Under the pieces are notes generated by a model. It saw nothing but the letters and a program-made list of their open reading frames with translations, was not told where the DNA came from and ran no database searches. From NCBI GenBank assembly GCA_050251055.1, contig JBFWNL010000001.1, positions 1-64,000 of the forward strand: a stretch of DNA of 64,000 nt, read 5' to 3'. Below, one piece after another: positions 1 through 9,335 of the stretch. A program made the translations under genes and the position numbers. Source of the DNA: Bacteriovoracia bacterium (GTDB lineage Bacteria; Bdellovibrionota; UBA1018; JBFWNL01). Numbering within the stretch: position 1 is the first letter of the stretch; each line of letters begins with the position of its first letter.

Positions 1-201
1 TCTTTTCCTATTTCATGATCATTACTTACCTGCATTTCCTGGATCCATCCCAGCTCAAGCGTGGATGGCGGCTCGTCACCGATCGAGTCCGTCCGCGTCC
101 GCGAACTGCCTAGTTTTTAGCTATTCACCTGTACAGAGTTTAGACACCCAGACGTGCGGATTTTTGCGCTCTTTCCGCGTGCTTTCGGGGGGTTGGCCCG
201 A

Positions 202-217
202 CGGCCCGGCCCTTGCT
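202..217 (+). promoter_or_regulatory. possible sigma54 (-24/-12) promoter of the lytic transglycosylase
   Basis: CGGCCC-GGCCC-TTGCT fits GG-N10-GC with TTGC, 24 nt before the ATG at 242. Confidence 0.4.
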
Positions 218-241
218 CTAGCATGAGGGTGGGAGCCTAGA

Positions 242-1009
242 ATGAGAGAGATTTTTTCAAAAACCCTGGCCTTTACCACTCTCGGCGCACTCGCCGTGAT
301 CGTGGCCACGGCCGTTCGCCCCAGCGCGCTGCGCGCCGACGCCGAGTCGGCCGACCGCATGCCTGCTCAGTTCGCCACCCTTTTTGAAGTTTCCCGTCCC
401 GCGCGTTTGCAACATGCCCAGCTCTTGCTGGGAAAACATTATTCCCGCAGCGTGGTGAGCGTCGGCGAACAAGTGATGGACATTCGCGAGTTCGTGCTGG
501 CGAAGGTGAAAGCTTCGCTACCCAAGAAGCACAAGGCGTCGGCTCCGATCGTCGCGCACACCATCCTCGAGGAAAGCGGCCGCTATGATTTTGATCCGCT
601 CTTTTTGATGGCCGTGATCCAAAACGAAAGCAGTTTTTCCCCCGACATCGTAGGGGGCGTGGGCGAGATCGGACTCATGCAAATCCGCCCTTCAACCGCT
701 CAGTGGTTCTGCGATAAGATCAAGCGTCCCTGGTACGGTGTGCGTTCGCTCAAAAACCCGGCGACGAACATCCAGATCGGCGCGGCTCTGCTGAAGATGT
801 TCCGGGATAAATTTTCCCATGACCGTCTTTATCTTTCGGCCTACAACATGGGCATTGGCAACGTGAACAAAGCCTTGAAGAAAGACATTTGGCCGAAGGA
901 ATATTCCTCGCGCGTCATGAACCGCTACGTCGGCCTGTATCGTGATCTCGCCAAACGTATCGAAAAACAGCGCCTGGCGATTAAAGCGGCCGCCATCGCC
1001 GATTTATAG
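242..1009 (+). CDS. lytic transglycosylase, SLT domain, exported
   Basis: N-terminal signal/TM; SLT motifs AVIQNESSF (catalytic Glu), GEIGLMQIRP, NIQIGA, AYNMG. Confidence 0.9.
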   Translation: MREIFSKTLAFTTLGALAVIVATAVRPSALRADAESADRMPAQFATLFEVSRPARLQHAQLLLGKHYSRSVVSVGEQVMDIREFVLAKVKASLPKKHKASAPIVAHTILEESGRYDFDPLFLMAVIQNESSFSPDIVGGVGEIGLMQIRPSTAQWFCDKIKRPWYGVRSLKNPATNIQIGAALLKMFRDKFSHDRLYLSAYNMGIGNVNKALKKDIWPKEYSSRVMNRYVGLYRDLAKRIEKQRLAIKAAAIADL

Positions 1010-1051
1010 GGGTTTACCCCAGTCCCAATCCATTGTATGACTGAGGGCACC

Positions 1052-1774
1052 ATGGGTGCACAATGGAAACACGCAGGCAGGGTAGGTAACGCCAATAAGA
1101 AGGGCGCCTTAATCGGCAAGCTGGTTAAGGAAATCATCGTCTCCGCGAAGATGGGTGACCCCAATCCCGATAACAACGCGCGCCTGAGGGCAGCGGTTGA
1201 AGCCGCCAAAAAGAATTCCGTCACGCGCGACACGATCGATCGCGCATTGAAGAAAGGCGCGGGCCTACTGGACGACAGCGCGAACTTCGAGACCGTGATG
1301 TACGAAGGCTTCGCGCCGAATAAAGTTCCCGTCATTGTGGAATGCCTCACCGACAATAAGAACCGCACCGCTTCCGATATCCGGGTGCTTTTCCGCAAAG
1401 GGCAGCTGGGCAACTCCGGCGCGGTCGGCTGGATGTTCGATCGTATGGGCGTCGTGGAGGCCACCCATACGGATGGCAGCCTCGACATCGAAAGCGTAGC
1501 CATCGAGGCCGGTGCCCAGAGCGTGGAGCCGCTTCCGGCCGTGGACGTTCCCGCCGGCGGGGTAGGCGCCCGCTTTACCTGCGATCCGACCGATCTGGAC
1601 GCGGTTAGCAAGTTCGTGAGCGCGAATCAGTGGACGGTGACGACCGCGGAGCTGAGCTACATCGCCAAGAACTTCGTCGAGCTTTCGCCGGAGCAGCTCA
1701 AGGAAACCACCGACTTTCTGGGCGAAATCGACGATCACGACGACGTGCATCGGATCTATACCGCGATCAAATAA
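1052..1774 (+). CDS. yebC: YebC/PmpR family protein
   Basis: MGAQWKH start after GAGGG RBS; DPNPDNNARLR, YEGFAP, CLTDNKNRT, GAVGWMF, DDHDDVHRIY motifs. Confidence 0.95.
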   Translation: MGAQWKHAGRVGNANKKGALIGKLVKEIIVSAKMGDPNPDNNARLRAAVEAAKKNSVTRDTIDRALKKGAGLLDDSANFETVMYEGFAPNKVPVIVECLTDNKNRTASDIRVLFRKGQLGNSGAVGWMFDRMGVVEATHTDGSLDIESVAIEAGAQSVEPLPAVDVPAGGVGARFTCDPTDLDAVSKFVSANQWTVTTAELSYIAKNFVELSPEQLKETTDFLGEIDDHDDVHRIYTAIK

Positions 1775-1854
1775 GTCCCTTCCAGGCCGTTCTTTCATGA
1801 CACGGTTGACGCTTCCGTCCGCTTCGTCTATTCGTATCGGATTCGTGTAATCAT

Positions 1855-1944
1855 CCTTCGCCGAAGGAAGTAGGTGCGATTCCTACACTGTCCCGCAACG
1901 GTGATGGAGCGTGAGGCTCCTCAGTCCGGTCTATCGGCGAAAGG
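1855..1944 (+). ncRNA. cobalamin riboswitch, short form
   Basis: GGAAGTAGGTGCGATTCCTACACTGTCCCGCAACGGTGA core, then AGTCCGG; closing helix CCTTCGCCGA/TCGGCGAAAGG; directly upstream of a BtuB-like receptor. Confidence 0.9.
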
Positions 1945-1962
1945 CTTTCCCGCGGAGGAAGC

Positions 1963-3849
1963 ATGCCGTTTCGTTCTTTTACCGTTCCCTATCTGATCTT
2001 CATCGCGCTCGCCGCTGGTTTTGGTCATGGCCTGGCCCAAGCCGAAGGCATCGCTCCCCCCGAGGTGGGTGAAACGCTTCCGTCCGTGGTGGTGAGCCAA
2101 AACGAGGCGACCGCGCCGACGGTGACACCACCGGCGACCACGGTTGTCAGTGAGGCCGAGATCCAGCGGTATCGCGATCTTGAAGATTTGCTGCGCACCC
2201 AGCCGGGGTTGGCGGCCGTCGGCTCGCGCGGGCCGGGGAGCGCGTTTTCCGTGTTCATCCGGGGCGCCAAGTCCGAGCATACGCTGGTGCTCATCGACGG
2301 GGTGGAGATCAACGAGATCATGTCCACGGCGCGCGGCGCGAACTTCAATTGGATCGCGCTTTCCGACCTCGAGCGCATTGAAATCGTGCGCGGTCCCCAG
2401 AGCGTGCAATACGGCTCGGACGCTATCGGCGGCGTGATTCACTTCATCACGAAGCGCGGCGCCCGGGACGGCGGTTCGCAGTGGGAATCCTTTGCGAAGA
2501 CGGAATGGGGTAGCTATGAAAGCGGGCTCGTGAATCTGGGCGTGCGCAAGGCTACGCCCCAAGGACATTTCGGCGTGCAGGTGGACTTTTCGCGCATGAC
2601 GGGTTTTTCGGCCGCGGACGAGGCGGAAGGAAATTCGGAGGCCGATGGGAACCGCGCGGCCGGATTCGCGATTCGGGGGGGGAGCGCCCTCGGGGTCGCC
2701 ACTACTTGGGACGGCCAGCTTCGTTACCGGGTGAGCGAATCGGACTTGGACGCGACCGGAGGTCCGGGCGGCGACGCCATTGGCATGCAGAGCACGACGG
2801 CGCTGTGGTTAGGCGCGGTCCAAACCCGTACGCGAGTCACGCCCCAGGTTTGGGACATGGATTTGGCTGCTTCGTTTACCCGCCAAGAACGCAATGATCG
2901 GGCGCCCGATGCTCACTATCTCGGAAACGGCCAGAAGATCGCGCTGACAAATCATGTGAAGGTGGCCGAAGCCCATCGCCTTTCGTTGGGCTTGCTCAGT
3001 ACGCGCGAAGCGGGAGAATCGGCGGCCGTGACCTACCGACAGACGAACACGCAAGGCGCGTTTCTTCAGCATCAGCTCGACGCGGGCGCGCTTACCGCCA
3101 CGGCGGGTGCCCGCTTGGATTGGCATTCGCAATTTCAGGGCGCCGTGACCTATCGGTTCGCGCCAGCTTACTACCTGGCGACCACACGCACCCGGCTCAA
3201 GGGCGCCGTCGGCACGGGATTCAAGGCGCCCACGCTCTTCCAGCTTTATTCGACGACGTTCGGCAACGCCGGACTGCAACCCGAACGGAGCTTCGCTTGG
3301 GAGGCGGGAATGGAGCAGGGGTTTGCCGCCTTCCCTTTGCAGCTTTCCGTGACCTACTTCGACAGTCGCTTTAGCCAGTTCGTGGATTTTAATACCGCGA
3401 CCTCGCGCTATCACAACACGGGCGAGGCGAGCTCGCGCGGGATCGAGGCGGGCGTGACTTACCCTCTGACGGCGGAGATCCAGCTTTCAGGGGTCTATAC
3501 CTATACTCGCGCCTTGGACGAGGTCACGGGGCTTACGCTTTTGCGCCGACCGCGCGACACGTTCACTTTGGGTGCGGCGTACGATGGGATGGCGAGCGGT
3601 CAGTCGCCTTGGAGCGGGGAGCTTGCGGTCTCGGCGGTGGGAGCGCGTCCGGACCTAGATCCGGTTTCGTTCGCGCGCGTGGAGCTGCCGTTCTTTTACC
3701 TCGTGAGCGCGCGCTTGGGTTACGCCGTCACCGAACGCATCGAGGTCTATGTTCGCGGGCAGAACCTGCTGAACCGGCACTACCAGGAAGTCGCGGGTTA
3801 CGGCACGCCGAAGCTATCGGCCTTCGTGGGCGCTCAAGCCGTCTTCTGA
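1963..3849 (+). CDS. btuB: TonB-dependent vitamin B12 receptor
   Basis: Plug motifs IRGAKSEHTLVLIDG, ERIEIVRGPQSVQYGSDAIGGVI; GFKAPTLFQL, NLLNRHYQ, C-terminal Phe; cobalamin riboswitch upstream. Confidence 0.88.
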   Translation: MPFRSFTVPYLIFIALAAGFGHGLAQAEGIAPPEVGETLPSVVVSQNEATAPTVTPPATTVVSEAEIQRYRDLEDLLRTQPGLAAVGSRGPGSAFSVFIRGAKSEHTLVLIDGVEINEIMSTARGANFNWIALSDLERIEIVRGPQSVQYGSDAIGGVIHFITKRGARDGGSQWESFAKTEWGSYESGLVNLGVRKATPQGHFGVQVDFSRMTGFSAADEAEGNSEADGNRAAGFAIRGGSALGVATTWDGQLRYRVSESDLDATGGPGGDAIGMQSTTALWLGAVQTRTRVTPQVWDMDLAASFTRQERNDRAPDAHYLGNGQKIALTNHVKVAEAHRLSLGLLSTREAGESAAVTYRQTNTQGAFLQHQLDAGALTATAGARLDWHSQFQGAVTYRFAPAYYLATTRTRLKGAVGTGFKAPTLFQLYSTTFGNAGLQPERSFAWEAGMEQGFAAFPLQLSVTYFDSRFSQFVDFNTATSRYHNTGEASSRGIEAGVTYPLTAEIQLSGVYTYTRALDEVTGLTLLRRPRDTFTLGAAYDGMASGQSPWSGELAVSAVGARPDLDPVSFARVELPFFYLVSARLGYAVTERIEVYVRGQNLLNRHYQEVAGYGTPKLSAFVGAQAVF

Positions 3850-4230
3850 GGAGCGCAGTTCCGCGTCGGTGAGAAAGAGCGTTTTTTCCTCGGCGGTGGG
3901 CAGCCGGCACGTGTCGCGTTTACCAAACCAGAGGTAACGGTTGCGCGCGATCCAGTCGTAGACGGCGTCCCGCACGGGGCGGGGTACGGCCCGCAAAATC
4001 GAAAACAGCGACCAGGGAAGGCCCAGTCCGCCCAGGACTTTCAGTACCGCCGCGGAACGTTCCCAGCGGCGTCCATCCTGCAGGAGCGCGATCGAATCGA
4101 GTTTTTCTCCGCCCGGTAAGGAAGCGAAACGAAAGCGTCGGTGCGTATCGCGCCTCACGACGAAGTCTACGAAGCCGTTGCAGAGATTACAGACGCCATC
4201 AAAAAGGATGACGGACGGCGGCCGAACCAT
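3814..4230 (-). CDS. DCC family thiol-disulfide oxidoreductase (DUF393)
   Basis: ILFDGVCNLCN, FRFASL, RDAVYDWIARNRYLWFGKRDTCRLP. Confidence 0.92.
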   Translation of the reverse strand: MVRPPSVILFDGVCNLCNGFVDFVVRRDTHRRFRFASLPGGEKLDSIALLQDGRRWERSAAVLKVLGGLGLPWSLFSILRAVPRPVRDAVYDWIARNRYLWFGKRDTCRLPTAEEKTLFLTDAELRSSEDGLSAHEGR

Positions 4231-4238
4231 GCGCTCGT

Positions 4239-4640
4239 CTAGAGACTCAACGGGGTGGCCGTGGGAGCCGCGACGGAGGGCGGGGTGACGGTGGCGCCGG
4301 CGGGTTCTTCACGGCGCTTGAGCTTGCGCGCCACTTTTAGCATCGCTTCGAACACCGGTCCAAACTCGTGGCCGAGCTCCGTAAGGTTGTACTCCACCGT
4401 CGGCGGCGAGGTGGGTAACACTTTGCGGGAGACCACTCCCTGGCGTTCCATTTCACGGAGGCGATCCGTCAGAACTTTCGAGGAGATTTTACCGATATCG
4501 CGGCGGAGATCGCCGAAGCGACGCGGGCCGTTCTTGAGGTACCACATGATCTTGGCGGTCCAGGCGCCGGCCAAGAACTTCAGGCATTCTTCGACGGGGC
4601 ATTCTTCACAAGATTCGAGTTTGCGTTGTTGAGCGACCAT
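4239..4640 (-). CDS. HxlR family winged-helix transcriptional regulator
   Basis: CPVE N-terminal Cys, GPRRFGDL, ISSKVLTDRLREME, PPTVEYNLTELG; divergent from an FMN reductase. Confidence 0.93.
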   Translation of the reverse strand: MVAQQRKLESCEECPVEECLKFLAGAWTAKIMWYLKNGPRRFGDLRRDIGKISSKVLTDRLREMERQGVVSRKVLPTSPPTVEYNLTELGHEFGPVFEAMLKVARKLKRREEPAGATVTPPSVAAPTATPLSL

Positions 4641-4758
4641 GAATCACCTCGGTGTGGTTACTGAATGGAACTAAATGTTGTTTGTGAACGAAATTGACTA
4701 TAGTGCGTATCTTGTGACAAATCAAGAGGGTTGCTAAACGTAACTAGAAGGTAGAGCC

Positions 4759-5313
4759 ATGAAAACACTCGCGATTAATGTATCGCTTCGCAAGGGATCG
4801 CTAAACGGAAAGCTACTGAACCAGGCGCTTCCCCACGCCAAGGGGGTGGGTTTGGAAGTGGAGACGTTGGATCTAAAGGACTTCGCTTTACCTGCTTACG
4901 ACGGAGATATCGAGGCTTCTACGGGGTTGCCCTCGCCCGTCCTTCAGTTGGTGGAGAAAATTAAGACCGCCACCGCGCTCATCGTCGCCACCCCCGAATA
5001 CAACTCCTCTTTTCCTGGGCATTTCAAGAACACGTTTGACTGGATCTCCCGCGCGCGGCCGATGCCTTGGCAAGGGAAGCGCGTGCTTTTCCTTTCGGCG
5101 TCGCCGGGGATGATTGGCGGCAACCGCGGGCTCTGGGCTTTGCGCGTGCCCTTCGAGGCGTGCGGGTCGTTCGTTTATCCCGATATGTTTTCCCTCTCCC
5201 AGGCGGGAGATGCGTTCGATTCTAGCGGCGCATTTAAGGAAGCCAAGCACGGCGAGCGCTTGGCGCAGCTCGTGGCCGCGTTTGGACGATTCGTGGCCGA
5301 AGCACGGCGCTAA
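4759..5313 (+). CDS. NADPH-dependent FMN reductase (ChrR/azoreductase-like)
   Basis: SLRKGSLN, ATPEYNSSFPGHFKNTFDWISR, SASPGMIGG. Confidence 0.93.
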   Translation: MKTLAINVSLRKGSLNGKLLNQALPHAKGVGLEVETLDLKDFALPAYDGDIEASTGLPSPVLQLVEKIKTATALIVATPEYNSSFPGHFKNTFDWISRARPMPWQGKRVLFLSASPGMIGGNRGLWALRVPFEACGSFVYPDMFSLSQAGDAFDSSGAFKEAKHGERLAQLVAAFGRFVAEARR

Positions 5314-5349
5314 GGACGTTCGGCAATTCAGGGCGTGGCCGGCCGCCGT

Positions 5350-6144
5350 TCAGTGGGTGTTTAGCGCGTAGTTCGGTGATTTTCGGCAAACGTAATTTTC
5401 GGCTCGGTAACGGGGATTGTCGCGGAACGCGGCCTCGTTCGCCGGATCCTTGCGGCAGATCTTACGCGTAAGCGCCTCGCCCTTCATTTCACCGGTTTCG
5501 ATTTTATAAGCCATTTTCATGAATAATGGCGTGAGTTCCTGCCGAATCGCATCCACCACGTGCTGCGGTTTTTTGGGATTGCCGGCTTCGTAACCACGGG
5601 CGCAGAGCTCGTCGTCGAACGCGCGCTTCATGTCCCAGGCGTTTTTCGCATACAGCATGCGGTACAGACCCGCGAGGTAACCCGTGCGGTCTTCGCCAAC
5701 GGTACAATGAAAAAACACGCCTCGCCCGGGTTTGCTTTCCACATATTTCAAATGCTTCATGGCTTCCACGGTCTGAACGCAGGCTTCTTCGAAGCTGCCG
5801 AACTCTTTCCAGCGAAAGGGGATGGTGACCACGCGCGAGGGTTTCAGGTTCTGGTCGAGCAACAGTTTTTGCTCGGTCGCGACTTCTCCGCGCGTGTCGT
5901 TCTTGAAGATCACGACGTCGGTAATTCCGTACTTCACCAGCTCGGCGACTTCCTTCTCGTTCTGGGGGGCTTTGCCCCGCAGCACTTTGCCTTGGCCCTG
6001 CCCAATGAGGTGCGTATTGGGAATGCTAATGGGGGAAACGCTCGAACGGAAGCCCGACTCGAAGCCATCCGATGCCATGCTGACGGCCCCAGCGCTTAGA
6101 GCGGCGATAGAGAATAAAATAATGAAATTAAAGGCTTTTTTCAT
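5350..6144 (-). CDS. exported Cys-based protein tyrosine/dual-specificity-type phosphatase
   Basis: Sec signal MKKAFNFIILFSIAALSAGAVSMA; CX5R loop FFHCTVGEDRTG; TTGACA upstream at 6175-6180. Confidence 0.8.
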   Translation of the reverse strand: MKKAFNFIILFSIAALSAGAVSMASDGFESGFRSSVSPISIPNTHLIGQGQGKVLRGKAPQNEKEVAELVKYGITDVVIFKNDTRGEVATEQKLLLDQNLKPSRVVTIPFRWKEFGSFEEACVQTVEAMKHLKYVESKPGRGVFFHCTVGEDRTGYLAGLYRMLYAKNAWDMKRAFDDELCARGYEAGNPKKPQHVVDAIRQELTPLFMKMAYKIETGEMKGEALTRKICRKDPANEAAFRDNPRYRAENYVCRKSPNYALNTH

Positions 6145-6208
6145 AACGCATCATATATAATAGTGGGTCTGCGATGTCAAACCCGCGGGAATAGGCTAAG
6201 CCTTTCGC

Positions 6209-6541
6209 ATGCCTCACTACGCCGTGATTTTCGTTTCTCGCCACCGCTCCGATCTGACACCGCCGCAGCTGGCGGATTACGAGCGGGCAGGGAAACGAAT
6301 GCTCGAGCTGGCGCGCGCGCAGCCAGGATTTTTACGCGTGGAGAGCGTGCGGGATGAGCAGGGAAACGGCATCACAGTTTCGTATTGGGAATCGTTAGAG
6401 GCGATCGCGCAGTGGAAGCAGCACGCCGAGCATCGGGAGGCACAGGAGAAGGGGCGCCATGCTTGGTATGGTGGGTATGACGTCCAGGTTTGCCGCGTGG
6501 AACGCGAGTATTCCTCCGCAACGGCTCGTGTGACAAGTTGA
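6209..6541 (+). CDS. antibiotic biosynthesis monooxygenase (ABM) family protein
   Basis: YAVIF, AQPGFLRVES, GITVSYWESLEAIAQWKQHAEHREAQEKGR. Confidence 0.9.
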   Translation: MPHYAVIFVSRHRSDLTPPQLADYERAGKRMLELARAQPGFLRVESVRDEQGNGITVSYWESLEAIAQWKQHAEHREAQEKGRHAWYGGYDVQVCRVEREYSSATARVTS

Positions 6542-6710
6542 CCCACTTTTTCGAGCCAATCTGTCCTGCGTTTTGAGCCTTCGCTGCGGTGGGATAAAGT
6601 CGCGGCGGCGTAATATTTTAGAAAAAAATTTTATCAACTGCTCATTTCCCGGTGAGGAAGAGGGTTTTCGCGGTGCCGCGTTGCATGACGTAAGAGGGAC
6701 TCGTCGCGCT

Positions 6711-6726
6711 TGGCATGTGCATTGCT
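6711..6726 (+). promoter_or_regulatory. sigma54 (-24/-12) promoter
   Basis: TGGCAT-GTGCA-TTGCT matches TGGCAC-N5-TTGCW; AT-rich tract about 80-100 nt upstream. Confidence 0.7.
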
Positions 6727-6779
6727 TTTAGGAGCCAGGGTAACCTGTGTGGTACCGGCAAACCAAGAAGGAGATGCAG

Positions 6780-7043
6780 ATGGCTCGAGTAGCTCGGATA
6801 GCTAAGCACAATAGAAAGTCCATGCTTAGAGGCAAGGCAGTGAAGGGATTGTCGCCGAAGATTTTAGAAAACCGTCCCAACCTGGTTTTGGTGACCCCGA
6901 CGTCCAATCCCGATATGCGCCCTTGCAACCTATGCGAGAACCCGTTCAAAATGCGCACGCGTTTTGATCGCTTCTGCGTGAACTGTAAGAAAGACAGCCA
7001 AGTCTATCAATATGCTGACTGGATGTATTCTTGTGCGGGTTGA
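6780..7043 (+). CDS. small basic protein with CxxC...CxxC Zn-ribbon
   Basis: AAGGAG RBS before ATG 6774/6780; CNLC and CVNC; downstream of sigma54 promoter; start uncertain. Confidence 0.6.
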   Translation: MARVARIAKHNRKSMLRGKAVKGLSPKILENRPNLVLVTPTSNPDMRPCNLCENPFKMRTRFDRFCVNCKKDSQVYQYADWMYSCAG

Positions 7044-7069
7044 CGCACCTATGCTAGGCTCACGCGTGC

Positions 7070-7849
7070 GTGGGCAGTACCCAAAGATTCAGCAAAACCG
7101 GTAATTTCTGGCATTCGCGAATGTACGATCGGGCCTTTGCCGAACGTACGATTGCCTCCACCTCATTCGCGAAGCTAGCCTCGAACGAAGCCGCGTTCAT
7201 CAAGCGCGCGGCTGGCTTTGAAAAAGGAGCGTCGATTCTTGACGTGCCCTGCGGGACCGGACGACATGCGCGCGCGCTCGGACGTCTCGGCATGCAGGTC
7301 ACCGCGCTCGATATCAACCGGACTTGCCTTTCCCTCGCAAGGGCGCGATTCGCGCACGCAAACGTAAAATATCGACAGGGAGATATGGCCAAGCTCGCCG
7401 CCTACCGCGATCATTTCGACGGCGTGGTGAATCTCTTTACGAGCTTTGGATATTTCGACACCGACGCGCGCAATCGCGCGGTGCTAATGGGGATGGTGCG
7501 GACGCTGAAGCGAGGTGGAAAGCTCGTACTACATACGATCAACCGCACCTACTGGCTCGAGCATTTTCAGCCGAATGCTTGGCGCGTGGACGGAGATTGG
7601 ATTAGCGTCGAAGCGCGCCATTACGACGCCGCGACTAAGTACCACGAAGCATATTTGAGTTCGGTTAACAACCGCACGGGGCGCGGCGCGGCCCTCTATC
7701 ACCGCATCCGTCTCTACTCACCCGAAGAGATGATTGACCTCATGCGTGAGTGCGGGCTTTCGGATATCCAGGTTTACGGCAACGCGCGGGGCGGGAAGCT
7801 CGAAGTGAAACGCTCGACGCATCCCTTTTACATCGGCACGCGGTATTAG
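7070..7849 (+). CDS. class I SAM-dependent methyltransferase
   Basis: ILDVPCGTGRH, QGDM, NLFTSFGYFD, RLYSPEE. Confidence 0.9.
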   Translation: MGSTQRFSKTGNFWHSRMYDRAFAERTIASTSFAKLASNEAAFIKRAAGFEKGASILDVPCGTGRHARALGRLGMQVTALDINRTCLSLARARFAHANVKYRQGDMAKLAAYRDHFDGVVNLFTSFGYFDTDARNRAVLMGMVRTLKRGGKLVLHTINRTYWLEHFQPNAWRVDGDWISVEARHYDAATKYHEAYLSSVNNRTGRGAALYHRIRLYSPEEMIDLMRECGLSDIQVYGNARGGKLEVKRSTHPFYIGTRY

Positions 7850-7851
7850 TT

Positions 7852-8283
7852 ATGGCGTTGTTTCAGCTCATCCCTGGCGTTGAAATTTCGGACACGGAGC
7901 TGACGTTCACGTTCGTGCGCAGCTCGGGCCCCGGTGGGCAGAACGTGAATAAGGTCAATAGCAAGGCGGTGTTGCGCTGGTGCTTGGCGACTTGCCCGGG
8001 GATAGGCGAGGAGCTGCGTGCGCGCTTAGTCGCGCGGCTGGGGCCGAAGCTCACGCGCGACGGCGAAGTTATCGTGGCGAGCGATCGTTTTCGGGATCAA
8101 CCCCGGAACCGCGAAGACTGCTTGGCTAAGCTGCGAGCGCTGCTCGCCGCGGCCGCCGTGGTGCCCAAGCGTCGCAAGCGTACGAAGCCCAGTTATTCTT
8201 CGGTAAAAAAAGCCGAGACGAGTAAGCGGCGTCACAGCGAGAAGAAACGGATGCGGCGAGGCGGAGGGCGCGATGAGTACTGA
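7852..8283 (+). CDS. arfB: alternative ribosome-rescue peptidyl-tRNA hydrolase ArfB
   Basis: RSSGPGGQNVNKVNSK (GGQ), RDQPRNREDC, basic C-terminal tail; start corrected to ATG 7852. Confidence 0.95.
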   Translation: MALFQLIPGVEISDTELTFTFVRSSGPGGQNVNKVNSKAVLRWCLATCPGIGEELRARLVARLGPKLTRDGEVIVASDRFRDQPRNREDCLAKLRALLAAAAVVPKRRKRTKPSYSSVKKAETSKRRHSEKKRMRRGGGRDEY

Positions 8284-9322
8284 CGCGAAAGCGCCGCGCT
8301 CGCTCGCTCCCATCTGGGTGCGCGCGGGGCGTCCGGAGCTCGTGTTGGCGCCCATGGAAGGGGTGACGGATGCGCCGATGCGCGCGCTACTGACCGAGCT
8401 CGGCGGGTTCACCTTCTGCGTTTCCGAATTTTTGCGCGTGAGCCAGGAGCTATTGCCTCCGCGCATCTACGTCGAGCACGTGCCTGAGCTCGCGCAGGGT
8501 TGCCGCACGCCTTCGGGCGTGCCCATTCAGGTTCAGCTCTTGGGCGGGGACGAAGATTTGATGGCCCGTAGCGCCCTGCGGGCTTGCGACTTAGGCGCGC
8601 GCGCCATCGATATCAATTTTGGCTGCCCTTCCAAAACGGTGAACCGCCACGACGGCGGCGCCGCGTTGCTGCGGCATCCCTCCCGGATTCGCTCCATCGT
8701 CGCGGCGGTCCGCGCGGCTGTGCCGGCAACTATCCCGGTCTCAGCGAAGCTGCGTCTGGGTTGGGAGTCGATGGAAGACATTTACGTCAATGCCGAACAA
8801 GCGGTGCTCGGGGGCGCCGATTGGCTCACGATCCACGCGCGCACGAAAAAACAGGGGTACATTCCGCCCGCGCATTGGGCCTATATCGGCGAACTACGCC
8901 GACGCTTAGGCGATCGGGGCGTGCCGATTGTCGCTAACGGAGAGATTTGGACGCGGGAGGATTTCCTACGGTGTCGCGAGGCCACGGGCTGCGAGCATTT
9001 CATGATCGGGCGGGGAGCGTTGGGCGATCCCGCGCTCGCGCACGAGATGGCGCGGGAGTTGGGCTTGCCGATCCAGGAGCGATCTGGGGTTCCGGGGTGG
9101 GGGGCGGCCCCGTATCCGTTTCCACGCCGGCCTCGGGATTGGGAGCCGCTCCTGGCGCGCTTCGCCGAGATCACGTCGCCGGTAGGGGCGGAGACCTACT
9201 ACACCGCTTGCCGAATCAAGCAATGGCTGCGCTTCGCGACGGTGCGCGGGGATCTGCCATGGTTCGAAGAGGTGAAGCGTATTCCGGATCTGCCGGGAAT
9301 TTTCGCCTATTTAAGGGCTTAG
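8273..9322 (+). CDS. dusC: tRNA-dihydrouridine synthase, DusC-like
   Basis: LAPMEGV, SEFLRV, RTPSGVPIQVQLLG, DINFGCPSKTVN, HARTK, VANGEIW. Confidence 0.88.
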   Translation: MSTDAKAPRSLAPIWVRAGRPELVLAPMEGVTDAPMRALLTELGGFTFCVSEFLRVSQELLPPRIYVEHVPELAQGCRTPSGVPIQVQLLGGDEDLMARSALRACDLGARAIDINFGCPSKTVNRHDGGAALLRHPSRIRSIVAAVRAAVPATIPVSAKLRLGWESMEDIYVNAEQAVLGGADWLTIHARTKKQGYIPPAHWAYIGELRRRLGDRGVPIVANGEIWTREDFLRCREATGCEHFMIGRGALGDPALAHEMARELGLPIQERSGVPGWGAAPYPFPRRPRDWEPLLARFAEITSPVGAETYYTACRIKQWLRFATVRGDLPWFEEVKRIPDLPGIFAYLRA

Positions 9323-9335
9323 CTTTTTCCTAGGG

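Noticed and set aside
1-241. Gene or RNA at the left edge
   Set aside because: No credible ORF or RNA motif; treated as the upstream region of the transglycosylase.
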